Of a stretch of 64,000 bases of DNA, positions 10,102-20,096 are shown piece by piece. Below the pieces are notes generated by a model. It made no database searches. It saw nothing but the letters and a program-made list of their open reading frames with translations, and had not been told where the DNA came from. The DNA lies in the NCBI GenBank assembly GCA_963721455.1, contig CAVRJG010000015.1, positions 1-64,000 on the forward strand, read 5' to 3'. The first letter of the stretch is position 1, and each line of letters begins with the position of its first letter. Source of the stretch: an uncultured Methanosarcinaceae archaeon. GTDB taxonomy: Archaea; Halobacteriota; Methanosarcinia; Methanosarcinales; Methanosarcinaceae. Made by a program: the position numbers and the translations under genes.

Positions 10102-10896
10102 TCACTTTACTGTTACGACAAGTTGCGTGTCTGGAACATTATCAAGCCTGAAAGTATAGGTTCCGGCTTTTTCGAAAGTATAAGCGAAGCTTTTTCCATA
10201 GCCTAAAGTCGCATCTCCGAAAAGTTCCTCTTCACTGACCAGCAAGAATGAACGTTTGGGCCTGTTAAGGTTTTTCCAGATTACGGCTTCACCTCTTTTA
10301 AGTTTAAGGGTTTCCTGAGAGAAGGCAGATCCACGTATCAATACAGAATTTCCGGGAATTTTTACCTCTGCACTCGGCATGGGAATTATCTTCTCAGTTC
10401 CCTCATCTTCGGCTTGTTCCGGTTGTATCCGAGGCTGAGGTTCTTCTTCTGGCAACGGAGGTTTTCCTGCTACAACTTATTTTTGTTCCCTTACAATAAT
10501 TGTGCTATCCATGCCTTTTTCGCCTTTGATGCTGAAATAAAAGGTTCCGGTCTCATTAAAGGCATTTGCAAAGGATCGGCCATAACCCAGGATGCAGTCT
10601 TCCCATAATTTGTCTTTGCTTTCAAGCACGAAAGTTCTCTTTGGCCTGTTCAGGTTGCGCCATACAACTGTATCATACTGATTGATTTCTATTATTTCAG
10701 GATTGAAGGCATTCCTGAATATCTGAATTGTATACATTTTAGACGCTGATGCATTTTCCTCAGAGGTTCTGCTCTGATCCTTTTCAGCGGTTCCGATAGT
10801 TTCTTCCTGGTACTGGGCCGCAATTGCTGAGCCTTCGAACAGGATGCATGCAAGAACTACCAGCATCAACAATTTAAAACTTTTACAGACTTTCAT
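10102..10896 (-). pseudogene. Two-domain cupredoxin-like secreted protein split by an in-frame stop
   Basis: ORFs 10477-10896 and 10102-10455 are in the same frame, separated by TAA at 10477-10479. Both carry W(R/K)NLNRPKR and GYG(R/K)SF motifs. Confidence 0.72.
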
Positions 10897-11094
10897 CTCT
10901 CCCCCAATTCAATTGTAATGGGCGGATTAAAACCCATTTAATCATTATATGCTGGGTTTTTTATATACCATAGTATAGTGATCGTCTTTTTGCATTTTTT
11001 GTATCCTGGAAATTTCGATCATCCTTTTTTCCCTGAAATGTTTTATCTCATTCCATTCTTTATTTTTCGGCAGGGTTTTTTCTTTCCTCTTCTG

Positions 11095-12327
11095 TCAGAT
11101 GCTGTTCCATAAAAGTAAAGCAAGAGTCCCGATAACTGCAATTATCCCGAAAGTATTCTTTGCAAGAGAGAAAAGGCTGGCAGAACCGGAAATTTTTGAA
11201 AGCAGGATCTTGTTAACCGTACTGATAAGGCTTGCAAGCACTGCAGTATTTGCTGCGGTTGCATAGGAGATATTCCCACTTACTGCAAGCAAGGTTACGG
11301 AAACTATCACTCCCGAACTGCTGACAAGAGCCCCGAGCGCAGTGACATAAATTCCGGCAGTCCCTGCAATGTCATAGGCAAAGCTTCCTATAATGAGGAT
11401 CAGGGTGAAAGCAATGCCGAATTTAAACGCCTGACCAAGTGAGAAAGGAGACTGAATTTTAAGTTCTCCTCCGCCTATAGGGCAGAATTTCTTATTGTAC
11501 CTGAGAACTATCACCACGGAAACAAGGATAATCACAGACTGGGGAGGAAGCATAAGCAGGGTTGTCTGGCCGGTTGGATCAACTATCAGGGCTAATACAA
11601 GGTTTCGGATGAGCATGGAGATATTGCAGAGCAGGATTCCGGTAAGGACAGGATCGGCCATTTCCTCTGCTCTTTTTGAGAGGCCTGCAAGTGCTGCTGT
11701 TGTGGCTTCACTATTCACAAAGCCGCCCACGAAGCCTGAATAGCATATCCCGCGCTTTGTGCCGAACTTTCTAAGGAGCACGTAGCTTAAAAAACTTATA
11801 AGTGAAACAAGAATTACAATAAGGATTGCAGACCTGAGGTTTACAAGCCCGAAAAACTGTTTTTCCGGCATCACAGGATAAAGTATAAAAGCCACGGCCA
11901 GAAACTGTATGGCATTGTAGAGTTCTTCTTTTGTCAGGTTTCCTGCAAACTGGTGAAGAGGCTTTTTCTGGATCAGAAGGAAGCTCACAACTATTGAAGA
12001 GACAATGGCAAACAGTCCATGACCATAGCCCACAAGTACTCCCATAACAAAAATGAAAAAGAGACTGATAGGGCTGGTAACTCCGATCCGTTTGAAGAGA
12101 ACTATCTTTGTATAGGTAATTATGGAACAGATTGCTCCGAAAAAAAGCGCGGCTACATAGACAAAACCTGGACCTGTTGACCCGCTTACGAGCGCAGTTA
12201 GCATGCCTGTTATGCAGGTTATGCTATAAGTTCTCACACCCGCAAAAATTTCGTGTTCAAGGCCTCTATGCTCCCTTTCTATACCTACCATTATCCCTAT
12301 CAGAAAGGCTATGGCCAGTTTTGTCAT
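11095..12327 (-). CDS. MgtC/SapB-family membrane protein (DUF4010)
   Basis: GIMVGIERE and FAGVRTY N-terminal MgtC motifs; many TM segments. Confidence 0.85.
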   Translation of the reverse strand: MTKLAIAFLIGIMVGIEREHRGLEHEIFAGVRTYSITCITGMLTALVSGSTGPGFVYVAALFFGAICSIITYTKIVLFKRIGVTSPISLFFIFVMGVLVGYGHGLFAIVSSIVVSFLLIQKKPLHQFAGNLTKEELYNAIQFLAVAFILYPVMPEKQFFGLVNLRSAILIVILVSLISFLSYVLLRKFGTKRGICYSGFVGGFVNSEATTAALAGLSKRAEEMADPVLTGILLCNISMLIRNLVLALIVDPTGQTTLLMLPPQSVIILVSVVIVLRYNKKFCPIGGGELKIQSPFSLGQAFKFGIAFTLILIIGSFAYDIAGTAGIYVTALGALVSSSGVIVSVTLLAVSGNISYATAANTAVLASLISTVNKILLSKISGSASLFSLAKNTFGIIAVIGTLALLLWNSI

Positions 12328-12946
12328 GAAATCCAGAAAAACCGGATCGAAACCGAACTCTTCAATGGTGCCCGTAGCTCAACCTCTATGACTTTTCTAT
12401 CTGTAAAGTCCAAAGTTAAGTTCTAAGAAATCTCGATTTAAATTATTAAGCTGACAAAATATAATTTCAAATATTTCTGTCCCTATATTTTTTTGAGGGT
12501 TATTTGAGGAAATAGATTATAGAGCAATTCCCAAATGAAAACTTGAAGTTGTTTTTTAATCCTCCTAATATTCCATCTGTCTATTTACTCCAGCGTCTGT
12601 CCATTTAACCCTGGTATTCGCGGCCCTCAAAGAGTTTCTCATCAGGCCTGAGCTTTGTCTTTACGCCAGTAAAATAACGCAGGCAAGTAAATAGAAGTGA
12701 ATAGTTAAGAGTGATATTATGTATTTCTGTAAGGTAATAAAGTAAATAGGACAATCTTAATCAAAATATAATTATATAGTACGGATGTTCTTACTAATGA
12801 ATATAGCCCCTAAAAGGAGAAAAGGTTCATAGTACAGGGAGGACCTGAATAGAATTCTTACAGGCGACTTCGAAAACCCAATTAAAACCTGCTAACCCAA
12901 TTAAAACCTGCCAGCTCTGTTGATACCTGGTTTGTTGATACCTGGC

Positions 12947-13606
12947 TTATACCTCCACGAATTCAACTTCAACGGGTTTGTTTTCCTCCGTTTCTTCAAT
13001 AGTTATCAGGGCGCAGGAACCTTTACAGGCCTCGCCCGGGTTTACAACTATAGTTTTTCCAACTTGTTCCAGGCCTTTTGCCTCATGGATGTGCCCGCAG
13101 ACGATCAGGTCAACACGGTCAAGGAATTTCTGGATAGCTTTGCTGCCCACATGCCCGAAAGGAAGCTCATCCCTTGCGCCGTGCGGAGGGGCATGGGTTA
13201 AAAGCACTATGGTTCCGCAATCATCTGCCGTTTCGGCAGAGCAGACCATTTCTTCAAGGGCTTTTTCGATTTCTTCTTCAGAAAGCTCAAAGGGTGTATT
13301 GAAAGGGGTGGGATTTGAGCCTCCGAGCCCTATAAACCTGATATTTCCTATCTGTTTGGCTTTTCCGTGCAGATTTGTAGCCTTCGAAGCATCCAGAGCT
13401 TTCAGGATGCTCCTCTGGTCGCAATTTCCTGGGATCGCAAGTACAGGCCTGTCAAACATCTCCGTCAATTCTTCAACCTTCTCATCGGGCCCGAAATGGG
13501 TAATGTCCCCGACAACAACTGCAAGGTCGAAATCTCCGGCTCTTTCCATTATTTTCTTTATCTTCGAGTAGTCCCCGTGGGGGTCAGAAATGGCTAGTAT
13601 CTTCAT
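12947..13606 (-). CDS. Calcineurin-like metallophosphoesterase
   Basis: SDPHG, GDITH, PGNCD, THAPP and CGHIHE motifs. Confidence 0.92.
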   Translation of the reverse strand: MKILAISDPHGDYSKIKKIMERAGDFDLAVVVGDITHFGPDEKVEELTEMFDRPVLAIPGNCDQRSILKALDASKATNLHGKAKQIGNIRFIGLGGSNPTPFNTPFELSEEEIEKALEEMVCSAETADDCGTIVLLTHAPPHGARDELPFGHVGSKAIQKFLDRVDLIVCGHIHEAKGLEQVGKTIVVNPGEACKGSCALITIEETEENKPVEVEFVEV

Positions 13607-13720
13607 CCGTATCCCGTCCTATTGTCCGTAATCCTTTTTCAGGTTTTTAGCTTCCTTATTTCATGACATCTGCTCGCCTTTGAACATGCACACATCTTTT
13701 ATATCCCTTGCGTAAATATA

Positions 13721-14362
13721 GTGCCCATGCGCGATATCGTTATCATAGGGCATAAGGCAAAGACAAGCGGCGATATTTCTTTAAACGATCTTCCAGGTTC
13801 TGCGGGAAGAATGGACATTCTTTGCCGCTGCGTAAGCTCTGCCCTTTTTCTCTCTTTCGGGATGCGCAGGGATGTAAACGTGCACCTGCTCCTTTTAGGA
13901 GACCCTGACCCCGGAAAAATCATAAGGTTTGAAGGGCTCCACCTGAGATACCTGAACCCGGACGAGCGAAGCAGCGGCTCGCTTATCCAGAAAGCCCTCC
14001 AGAAGGATGCAACCGAACAGGATATCCGTTCCACCCCAGGTGTCTGGATTCGCAGGGGAGATCTCAAGTCCCTGCTCTCCACATTCGAAGGACGCACCCT
14101 GCTTTACCTGAGAGAGGACGGGGAGGATGTCCGGAAATTAGCCAGTGAAATCCGGGACCCGGTCTTTATTTTGGGGGACCATACCGGTGTTACGGAAGAG
14201 GAGGAAGAACAGCTCCTTGAGGCAGGAGCAAAAATTATCTCAGTAGGCCCTATTTCCCTTCATTCCAACCACTGCATAACCCTTATCCACAATGAACTGG
14301 ACAGGGCCGAAGCGAAAAGAGGGGAGTCACCAGGAGAAGCCGAATGCAGGGCCGAGGACTGA
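13721..14362 (+). CDS. trmY: tRNA (pseudouridine(54)-N1)-methyltransferase
   Basis: LNDLPGSAGRMDILCRC, LNPDERS and FILGDHTG SPOUT motifs; adjacent to pus10. Confidence 0.92.
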   Translation: MPMRDIVIIGHKAKTSGDISLNDLPGSAGRMDILCRCVSSALFLSFGMRRDVNVHLLLLGDPDPGKIIRFEGLHLRYLNPDERSSGSLIQKALQKDATEQDIRSTPGVWIRRGDLKSLLSTFEGRTLLYLREDGEDVRKLASEIRDPVFILGDHTGVTEEEEEQLLEAGAKIISVGPISLHSNHCITLIHNELDRAEAKRGESPGEAECRAED

Positions 14363-14637
14363 GCTGCAATTAGGATCGGGCTGCAATTTCTGAGTTTGTT
14401 TCAATACAAAAAGTTATATTCCATTTCCCTGTATCAGGATAGAAACTATCCGGCTGTATTTTTTCCGGATATTTTTCCCGTACAGTTACCTTTTGCGTAT
14501 ATTTGCCTTTCCGGATAATTGCAGTCACGCATCTATATTCCAGGGCATTAGCTCTGATCCTTGTATTATCTCTTACATTTGATTACTCATTCCCAGGTCT
14601 ATTTCCCGAATAAAGAGCTTAAAGAGAGTGAAAGAAA

Positions 14638-15933
14638 ATGGATGTACTCGAAATTTCAAAAAAAATTCTGCACGAAGGCCCGGTATGTGACCACTGCCTG
14701 GGCCGCCAGTTTGCAAAACTATCTACAGGCCTGAGCAACAGAGAACGCGGGCAGGCCTTAAAACTCACCCTCGTGCTGGAAGGGGACCGAATCTACAAAA
14801 GTGAAAACGACGATTCTCTTCTAAAGGAGCTTGCCCCTTGCAGTGCTTTTTCAAGGAAGACTCTTGGAACAGGGGGTGAAGACGAGCAGTGCTGGGTCTG
14901 CCTTGACCAGTTCAAAAAACTGGGCGAATGGGCCGATGAAGCGGCAAAAGCCCTCGAAGGCCTTGAATATTCCACATTCCTCGTGGGCACGAGGGTCAGC
15001 GGGCTTTTGAGTGAAAACGAAGAGATTCTCTGGGCTGAGGCAGGGACTGCATATGCTGAACAACTCAAGTCCGAGCTTAACAGAGAAGTAGGCAAGCGGA
15101 TTGCCGAAAAAGTTCAAAAAGAGGTGGATTTTGAAAATCCTGACATTACAATTACTCTTGACCTTGCAAAAAACAAGCTGGAACTTCAGGTCCGCTCTGT
15201 ATATATCATCGGGCGCTACCGTAAAATGATCAGGGGAATTCCTCAGACGCGCTGGCCGTGCAGGAAATGTAAAGGCAGGGGTTGCGAAAGCTGCAATTTT
15301 ACGGGCAAGCAGTACCAGGAATCCGTAGACGAGCTGATAAAAGGGCCTGTAATCGAAGCTTTCCAGGCAGTTGATACGGCTTTCCACGGCTCTGGAAGGG
15401 AAGATATCGATGCGCTGATGCTCGGAAGCGGCAGGCCTTTTGTAGTTGAAGCAAAATCCCCTCAAAAGCGCAGCGTAGATCTTGAAGAGCTTATGAGGAG
15501 CATTAATGAGAAAGCTGCCGGAAAAGTTGAGGTAAGAGAGCTTTCTTTCGTCGGAAAAGGTATGATTGAGACCCTGAAAAGTTCAAAGGCGGATAAAACT
15601 TATAAGCTTAAAGTTACATTTAAAGAGCCTGTTTCAGAGGAAAAGCTTAAATCCTGCCTTGAGGCTTTGAGTGGCATAGAAATCTCCCAGCAGACTCCAA
15701 GGCGTGTAGTTCACAGGCGGGCTGACCTTGTCAGGAAAAGGCATGTGCACAGCATCAGGCTTGATGAACTCACTGACGATGGTTACGCTTACATAACAGT
15801 AAACTGCGAAGGCGGGCTGTATGTAAAAGAGCTTCTTTCCGGAGATGAGGGCAGAACAAACCCGAGCCTGAGCGGGCTTTTAGGTATTCCTGCGCTTGTG
15901 GAAGATCTTGACGTGGTCAACGTCGATATCTGA
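14638..15933 (+). CDS. pus10: tRNA pseudouridine(54/55) synthase Pus10
   Basis: CDHCLGRQF, GRYRK..RGIPQTRW, GREDIDA and GGLYVKEL motifs. Confidence 0.95.
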   Translation: MDVLEISKKILHEGPVCDHCLGRQFAKLSTGLSNRERGQALKLTLVLEGDRIYKSENDDSLLKELAPCSAFSRKTLGTGGEDEQCWVCLDQFKKLGEWADEAAKALEGLEYSTFLVGTRVSGLLSENEEILWAEAGTAYAEQLKSELNREVGKRIAEKVQKEVDFENPDITITLDLAKNKLELQVRSVYIIGRYRKMIRGIPQTRWPCRKCKGRGCESCNFTGKQYQESVDELIKGPVIEAFQAVDTAFHGSGREDIDALMLGSGRPFVVEAKSPQKRSVDLEELMRSINEKAAGKVEVRELSFVGKGMIETLKSSKADKTYKLKVTFKEPVSEEKLKSCLEALSGIEISQQTPRRVVHRRADLVRKRHVHSIRLDELTDDGYAYITVNCEGGLYVKELLSGDEGRTNPSLSGLLGIPALVEDLDVVNVDI

Positions 15934-16079
15934 ACCGGATCTGAATCAGGTTTATTTAATAAGTTGGGTCAGGAAATAATTGCCTGACTGAACGTCTTAT
16001 TTAAATAATATCCATCTTATCTAGAGAAAAAAACTGTGTATATTAAGAAATTAATCGAGCATTCTAGGAGGAACATGCG

Positions 16080-16373
16080 ATGACAAATTCCCATGGTGAA
16101 AGACGTTGCACAAGGTACAAGTTACAGAAGACGGTTCGTGAAAGAGGGATTTCCCCTGTAAGCAAGGCAATTCAGGAATTCGAAGAAGGGCAGATGGTCC
16201 ATATCGACATAGACCCGAGCATTCAGAAAGGCATGCCCAATGCAAAGTTCCAGGGCTCTACCGGAAAGGTTATCGGGCAGCGCGGCCGTTCATATATGAT
16301 GGAAGTCCGAAGCGGAAATGCGAAGAAGATAGTTATTTCCCTTCCTCATCACCTGAAACCGCAGAAATATTAA
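16080..16373 (+). CDS. rpl21e: 50S ribosomal protein L21e
   Basis: [24 protein letters not shown] and HLKP motifs; conserved gene order. Confidence 0.95.
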   Translation: MTNSHGERRCTRYKLQKTVRERGISPVSKAIQEFEEGQMVHIDIDPSIQKGMPNAKFQGSTGKVIGQRGRSYMMEVRSGNAKKIVISLPHHLKPQKY

Positions 16374-16903
16374 TCCCATTCCAGGCAGTTAGGTTGTAAA
16401 ACCTAACCCCCTTTTATGAGTTTACAGTATACAGGCTTTTACCGCAGGCTAGAGCTCCTGCCTGGGATTTTCGGTAACTTGCGAGAGTAGCGGTCTGCAA
16501 TTAAGTGTAAAAAACTTAATGTCCCTTAAAAACCTGCTAAAAAAGGCGAGAGGGAATTTGAATAAACTGCTTTTAAAAATTCGATCTTTTATCCCGATGT
16601 GGGAATATCTATAATTATATATCGTTTGTCAGACATATACCTGAACCAGATCAGGATAACATTATTCGGAACAACTTAGGATTATCAAATACGGTCGAAT
16701 TTCGTGCATAATGCAATCTGGATAAGGCTTGATCCGCTGCAAAGGATATGCAGCACGAAAGCTAATTCAGATTTCCAGGTATTGACAGGCAGAAGTTTAC
16801 TTGCAGTCAGGAATTATTGGAGCATTGAAGAGTGATCAAAATAGATTACTCTGCAAGGAATGGCAACTACCTACAGTTTTTAAGTCAAAAAGAGTGTATT
16901 CCA

Positions 16904-17257
16904 ATGATAGTTAAGGAAGTCATCAGTGAAGAATTATTGACGTTGGCCGAAGTCAAAGAAGTACTTTCCAGGATCGCTGAAGAGCGTAGAGAGCAGGGGC
17001 TTGAAGTAGAATACGGGTTCCGAAAAGCCCTGCGTCACGCTGACCAGTTCTCAAAAATCAGCGGGGAAAAGTCAAGAGAATTGATTAACAGGCTATTAGA
17101 ACTCGAAAAAATGAAGCCTGTAATCGCGGTCAGGATCGCAGATATTCTGCCTCAGTCCAGAGACGAAATCAGATCAATTTATGCGAAAGAAAAGTATACC
17201 CTGAGCAACGAGGAACTGGATACGATTATTGATTATGTGCTGGAGACTATAGAATAA
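16904..17257 (+). CDS. rpoF: DNA-directed RNA polymerase subunit F (Rpo4)
   Basis: MIVKEVISEELLTLAEVK...IADILPQSRDEIRSI; located between rpl21e and DUF655. ATG at 16904 is preferred over the GTG at 16832. Confidence 0.92.
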   Translation: MIVKEVISEELLTLAEVKEVLSRIAEERREQGLEVEYGFRKALRHADQFSKISGEKSRELINRLLELEKMKPVIAVRIADILPQSRDEIRSIYAKEKYTLSNEELDTIIDYVLETIE

Positions 17258-17570
17258 GCTATATAGCAGTTTTCATCTTGTTATTTATAAGGGAAGTATC
17301 CGAAACTTAGAGTACTTTAAAGTATCAGGGAGTGCCCTGATCTGAATTCAATTACAGAGGACTCTTTGGGTAATGGGACGTTTCGAGTCCGAGGATACCG
17401 GTTACAGGATCGTATAAAGTTTTACAGAAAGCTGGAAATTTGTGGGCAGTTGACAGGTCCGGTTAATTGGACAGGTCCTGAACCGGATATAAGTAAGCTG
17501 GGCATATCCAGGTCTGGCATATCCTGAACACAGATTTCCATATGGGGTTTCATATTTATCGATAGGATGG

Positions 17571-18308
17571 GTGCTGATGAAAGTAGAAAAGTCGCAATCA
17601 GGTAGACCGTACGCTGGCAGATCATCTGCTGAAAAACCTTCTTATGGCGGCAGGCGTCCGACAGGCAATCCGCAGTCAGATAGACAGTCAGAAAGAGCTC
17701 CGCGCTCATCCGGAAAATCCATGGAAAATTCTCAGGACAGAGAGGAATATGTATGGGTTCTCGACTATCTCCCATATGGGAAGTCCGTCGACGGCACTTC
17801 TTCATTCCAGAAAAAACCTCTTGTCCAGGCCGTGGGAGACAAAAAATTTACCCTCATGGAGCTTGTCCCCAAAAGCGGTGTGGTTCCTGATATCCAGTCA
17901 AGAGTCTACATCGGGCAGGGAGATAGGAAAGAAGTAGACCACGTAAAGCAGAGAATAGGCTATACGGACCTTACTACAGGGGCCAATCTTGAACTGCCTT
18001 TTATTCTTGAAGCCTGTGTCAGGCATCAGGAAGAACGCTTCGTAAAGTTCTTTAACGACGCTCATTCTATCACCACGCGCCTGCATATGCTTGAACTCCT
18101 GCCAGGCATAGGAAAAAAGCTCATGTGGTCCATAATCGATGAGCGCAAAAAAGGCGGCTTTAAGAGTTTCCAGGACATCCGCGAGAGAATTCCAAGCCTG
18201 CATGATCCGGCTAAAGTCCTTGCCCACAGGATCGAAGGGGAACTCAAAGATGATTTCATCAAGTACAGGCTTTTCACCGCCCCACCGCGCCGCCAGAAGC
18301 CCGAGTGA
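17571..18308 (+). CDS. DUF655-domain predicted RNA-binding protein
   Basis: EEYVWVLDYL, RLHMLELLPGIGKK HhH motif; conserved rpl21e-rpoF-DUF655-ksgA cluster. Confidence 0.9.
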   Translation: MLMKVEKSQSGRPYAGRSSAEKPSYGGRRPTGNPQSDRQSERAPRSSGKSMENSQDREEYVWVLDYLPYGKSVDGTSSFQKKPLVQAVGDKKFTLMELVPKSGVVPDIQSRVYIGQGDRKEVDHVKQRIGYTDLTTGANLELPFILEACVRHQEERFVKFFNDAHSITTRLHMLELLPGIGKKLMWSIIDERKKGGFKSFQDIRERIPSLHDPAKVLAHRIEGELKDDFIKYRLFTAPPRRQKPE

Positions 18309-18451
18309 ACAGTGAACTCTTCCTGTTCTATTTTTTAGTTATTACTCTGGCTGTCAAGTTTTTACAGGTTCAGCTTTGATTATTACTTTAATTCACAATA
18401 ATTTCATCCGCTTCATACCAAAGTATTCGCTTTATTCGGGAGGTTTCAGTT

Positions 18452-19279
18452 CTGGTTCGTTCTCTTCTTAAAAAGTATAACATAAAAGGAGGCATTTTTG
18501 ATCAGCACTTTCTGGTCGATGCAAGCTACCTGGACAGAATTGTGGCCGCTGCTGAGCTGGGGCCCGAGGATATTGTTCTTGAAGTAGGCGCAGGTGTCGG
18601 AAATCTTACTGAAAGGCTTGCAAGGAAGGCAAAAAAAGTAGTTGCAATTGAACTTGATCCTTCCCTTGTTAATATCCTGCATGACCGTTTCGATAATGTC
18701 GGGAACATTGAGATCATTGCCGGCGATGCCCTGAAAGTCGATTTCCCGGAGTTCGACAAGGTAGTCTCGAACCTTCCCTATTCCATCTCTTCGGAGATCA
18801 CTTTCAAGCTCTTCCGGCATAAATTCAAACTCGGCGTCCTCATGTACCAGTACGAGTTTGCGCTACGCATGGTCTCCCTGCCCAACTGCAAGGACTATTC
18901 ACGTCTGACTGTCAATACCTGCTATTTTGCCGATGCCTCTATTTTAATGAAAGTCCCAAAAGGCGCTTTCCAGCCGGCACCTGAAGTTGATTCCGCAGTA
19001 GTCAAACTCGTCCCCCGCCCGGCACCTTTCGAAGTCAAAGACGGAGCTTTCTTTATGGATTTTGTGACCGCAGTCTTCAGCCAGCGCCGAAAAAAGCTGA
19101 GAAATGCCATCCTGAACACGAATCATGTGCTCAAAATTCCCGGCATTAAAGAAGTAGTTGCCCAGCTCCCTGAGGATTTAATGAGCAAAAGGGCTGAGGA
19201 CCTGACTCCGGGCGAGCTTGCAGAGGTTGCAAATCTGATAATTGACTTAAAATCAAAAGAGATAAACTCGCAATCCTGA
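18452..19279 (+). CDS. rsmA: 16S rRNA dimethyladenosine transferase RsmA/KsgA (probable CTG start)
   Basis: VLEVGAGVG, VSNLPYSIS and F.QRRKKLRN motifs. The conserved DQHFL motif lies upstream of the GTG at 18542, in frame with the CTG at 18452. Confidence 0.92.
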   Translation: MVRSLLKKYNIKGGIFDQHFLVDASYLDRIVAAAELGPEDIVLEVGAGVGNLTERLARKAKKVVAIELDPSLVNILHDRFDNVGNIEIIAGDALKVDFPEFDKVVSNLPYSISSEITFKLFRHKFKLGVLMYQYEFALRMVSLPNCKDYSRLTVNTCYFADASILMKVPKGAFQPAPEVDSAVVKLVPRPAPFEVKDGAFFMDFVTAVFSQRRKKLRNAILNTNHVLKIPGIKEVVAQLPEDLMSKRAEDLTPGELAEVANLIIDLKSKEINSQS

Positions 19280-19289
19280 GCCCGAAATT

Positions 19290-19898
19290 ATGGTCGAAAT
19301 CGAATACGGAAAAGCCCGGGTCAAGCTCGGGGACATAGACTTTGTCTATGAGCCTGCAGAAGACTCTTTTTTACTTGCCGATGCAGGCCTTAAAGAAACA
19401 GGGCCAGGCATGCGTGTCCTTGAAATCGGGACGGGTTCGGGCTTCGTATCTGCCGTACTCCTTGCAAATCTGAAATATGTCCAGCTGGTCGCGACAGAAA
19501 TTAATCCCCATGCCGCCCGCTGTGCGAAAGCAAACGGTGTGGAGGTTATCCGTACCGACCTTTTCAGAGGAGTCAGGCCCAAAAGCCCGGAAACCCGCTT
19601 TAATATTATTCTCTTCAACCCGCCTTATCTGCCTACTTCCGGGGAAGAAAAAGTTCCGGGCTGGCTGAACTATGCCTTTGACGGCGGAACCGGCGGGAGA
19701 GAGACTCTGGACCGGTTTTTAGACGAGGTAAGGGACTATCTCAAGCCCGGAGGGAAGATTCTTGTGCTTATCTCTTCGATTACCGGGCTGGACGCTGTTA
19801 AGGATAAAATGGAAGATCTTGGGTTCGAGGTCGATGTTATAGAAAGGAAAAAAGTTTCTTTTGAGGAGTTGATGGTTGTTAGAGGGAAACTCCTGTGA
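19290..19898 (+). CDS. HemK2/MTQ2-family (release factor glutamine) methyltransferase
   Basis: VYEPAEDSFLL, LEIGTGSG and FNPPYLP motifs. Confidence 0.92.
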   Translation: MVEIEYGKARVKLGDIDFVYEPAEDSFLLADAGLKETGPGMRVLEIGTGSGFVSAVLLANLKYVQLVATEINPHAARCAKANGVEVIRTDLFRGVRPKSPETRFNIILFNPPYLPTSGEEKVPGWLNYAFDGGTGGRETLDRFLDEVRDYLKPGGKILVLISSITGLDAVKDKMEDLGFEVDVIERKKVSFEELMVVRGKLL

Positions 19899-20096
19899 AC
19901 CTCTGGAAAACTACTCTCAAAACTTCTTTTTATCAAGTTCGACGTTAAATTCTCATTTAAATGTGTCTGTGAGGGACTTAAAACCTTATTTTCAGGGTTT
20001 TTCATCCCAAGTTCTATATCCTATTAATGAATTAATTTCCCTATCGAATATATACTTAAAACTGGCAGATTGCAATCGCTTTTAACTTGAAGGCGC

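Noticed and set aside
8035-10896. Pyrrolysine (amber) read-through to explain the interrupted cupredoxin-like genes
   Set aside because: The internal stops are TAA and two of the lesions are frameshifts.
12366-12385. tRNA-like fragment TGGTGCCCGTAGCTCAA
   Set aside because: No cloverleaf, T-loop or anticodon arm on either strand.
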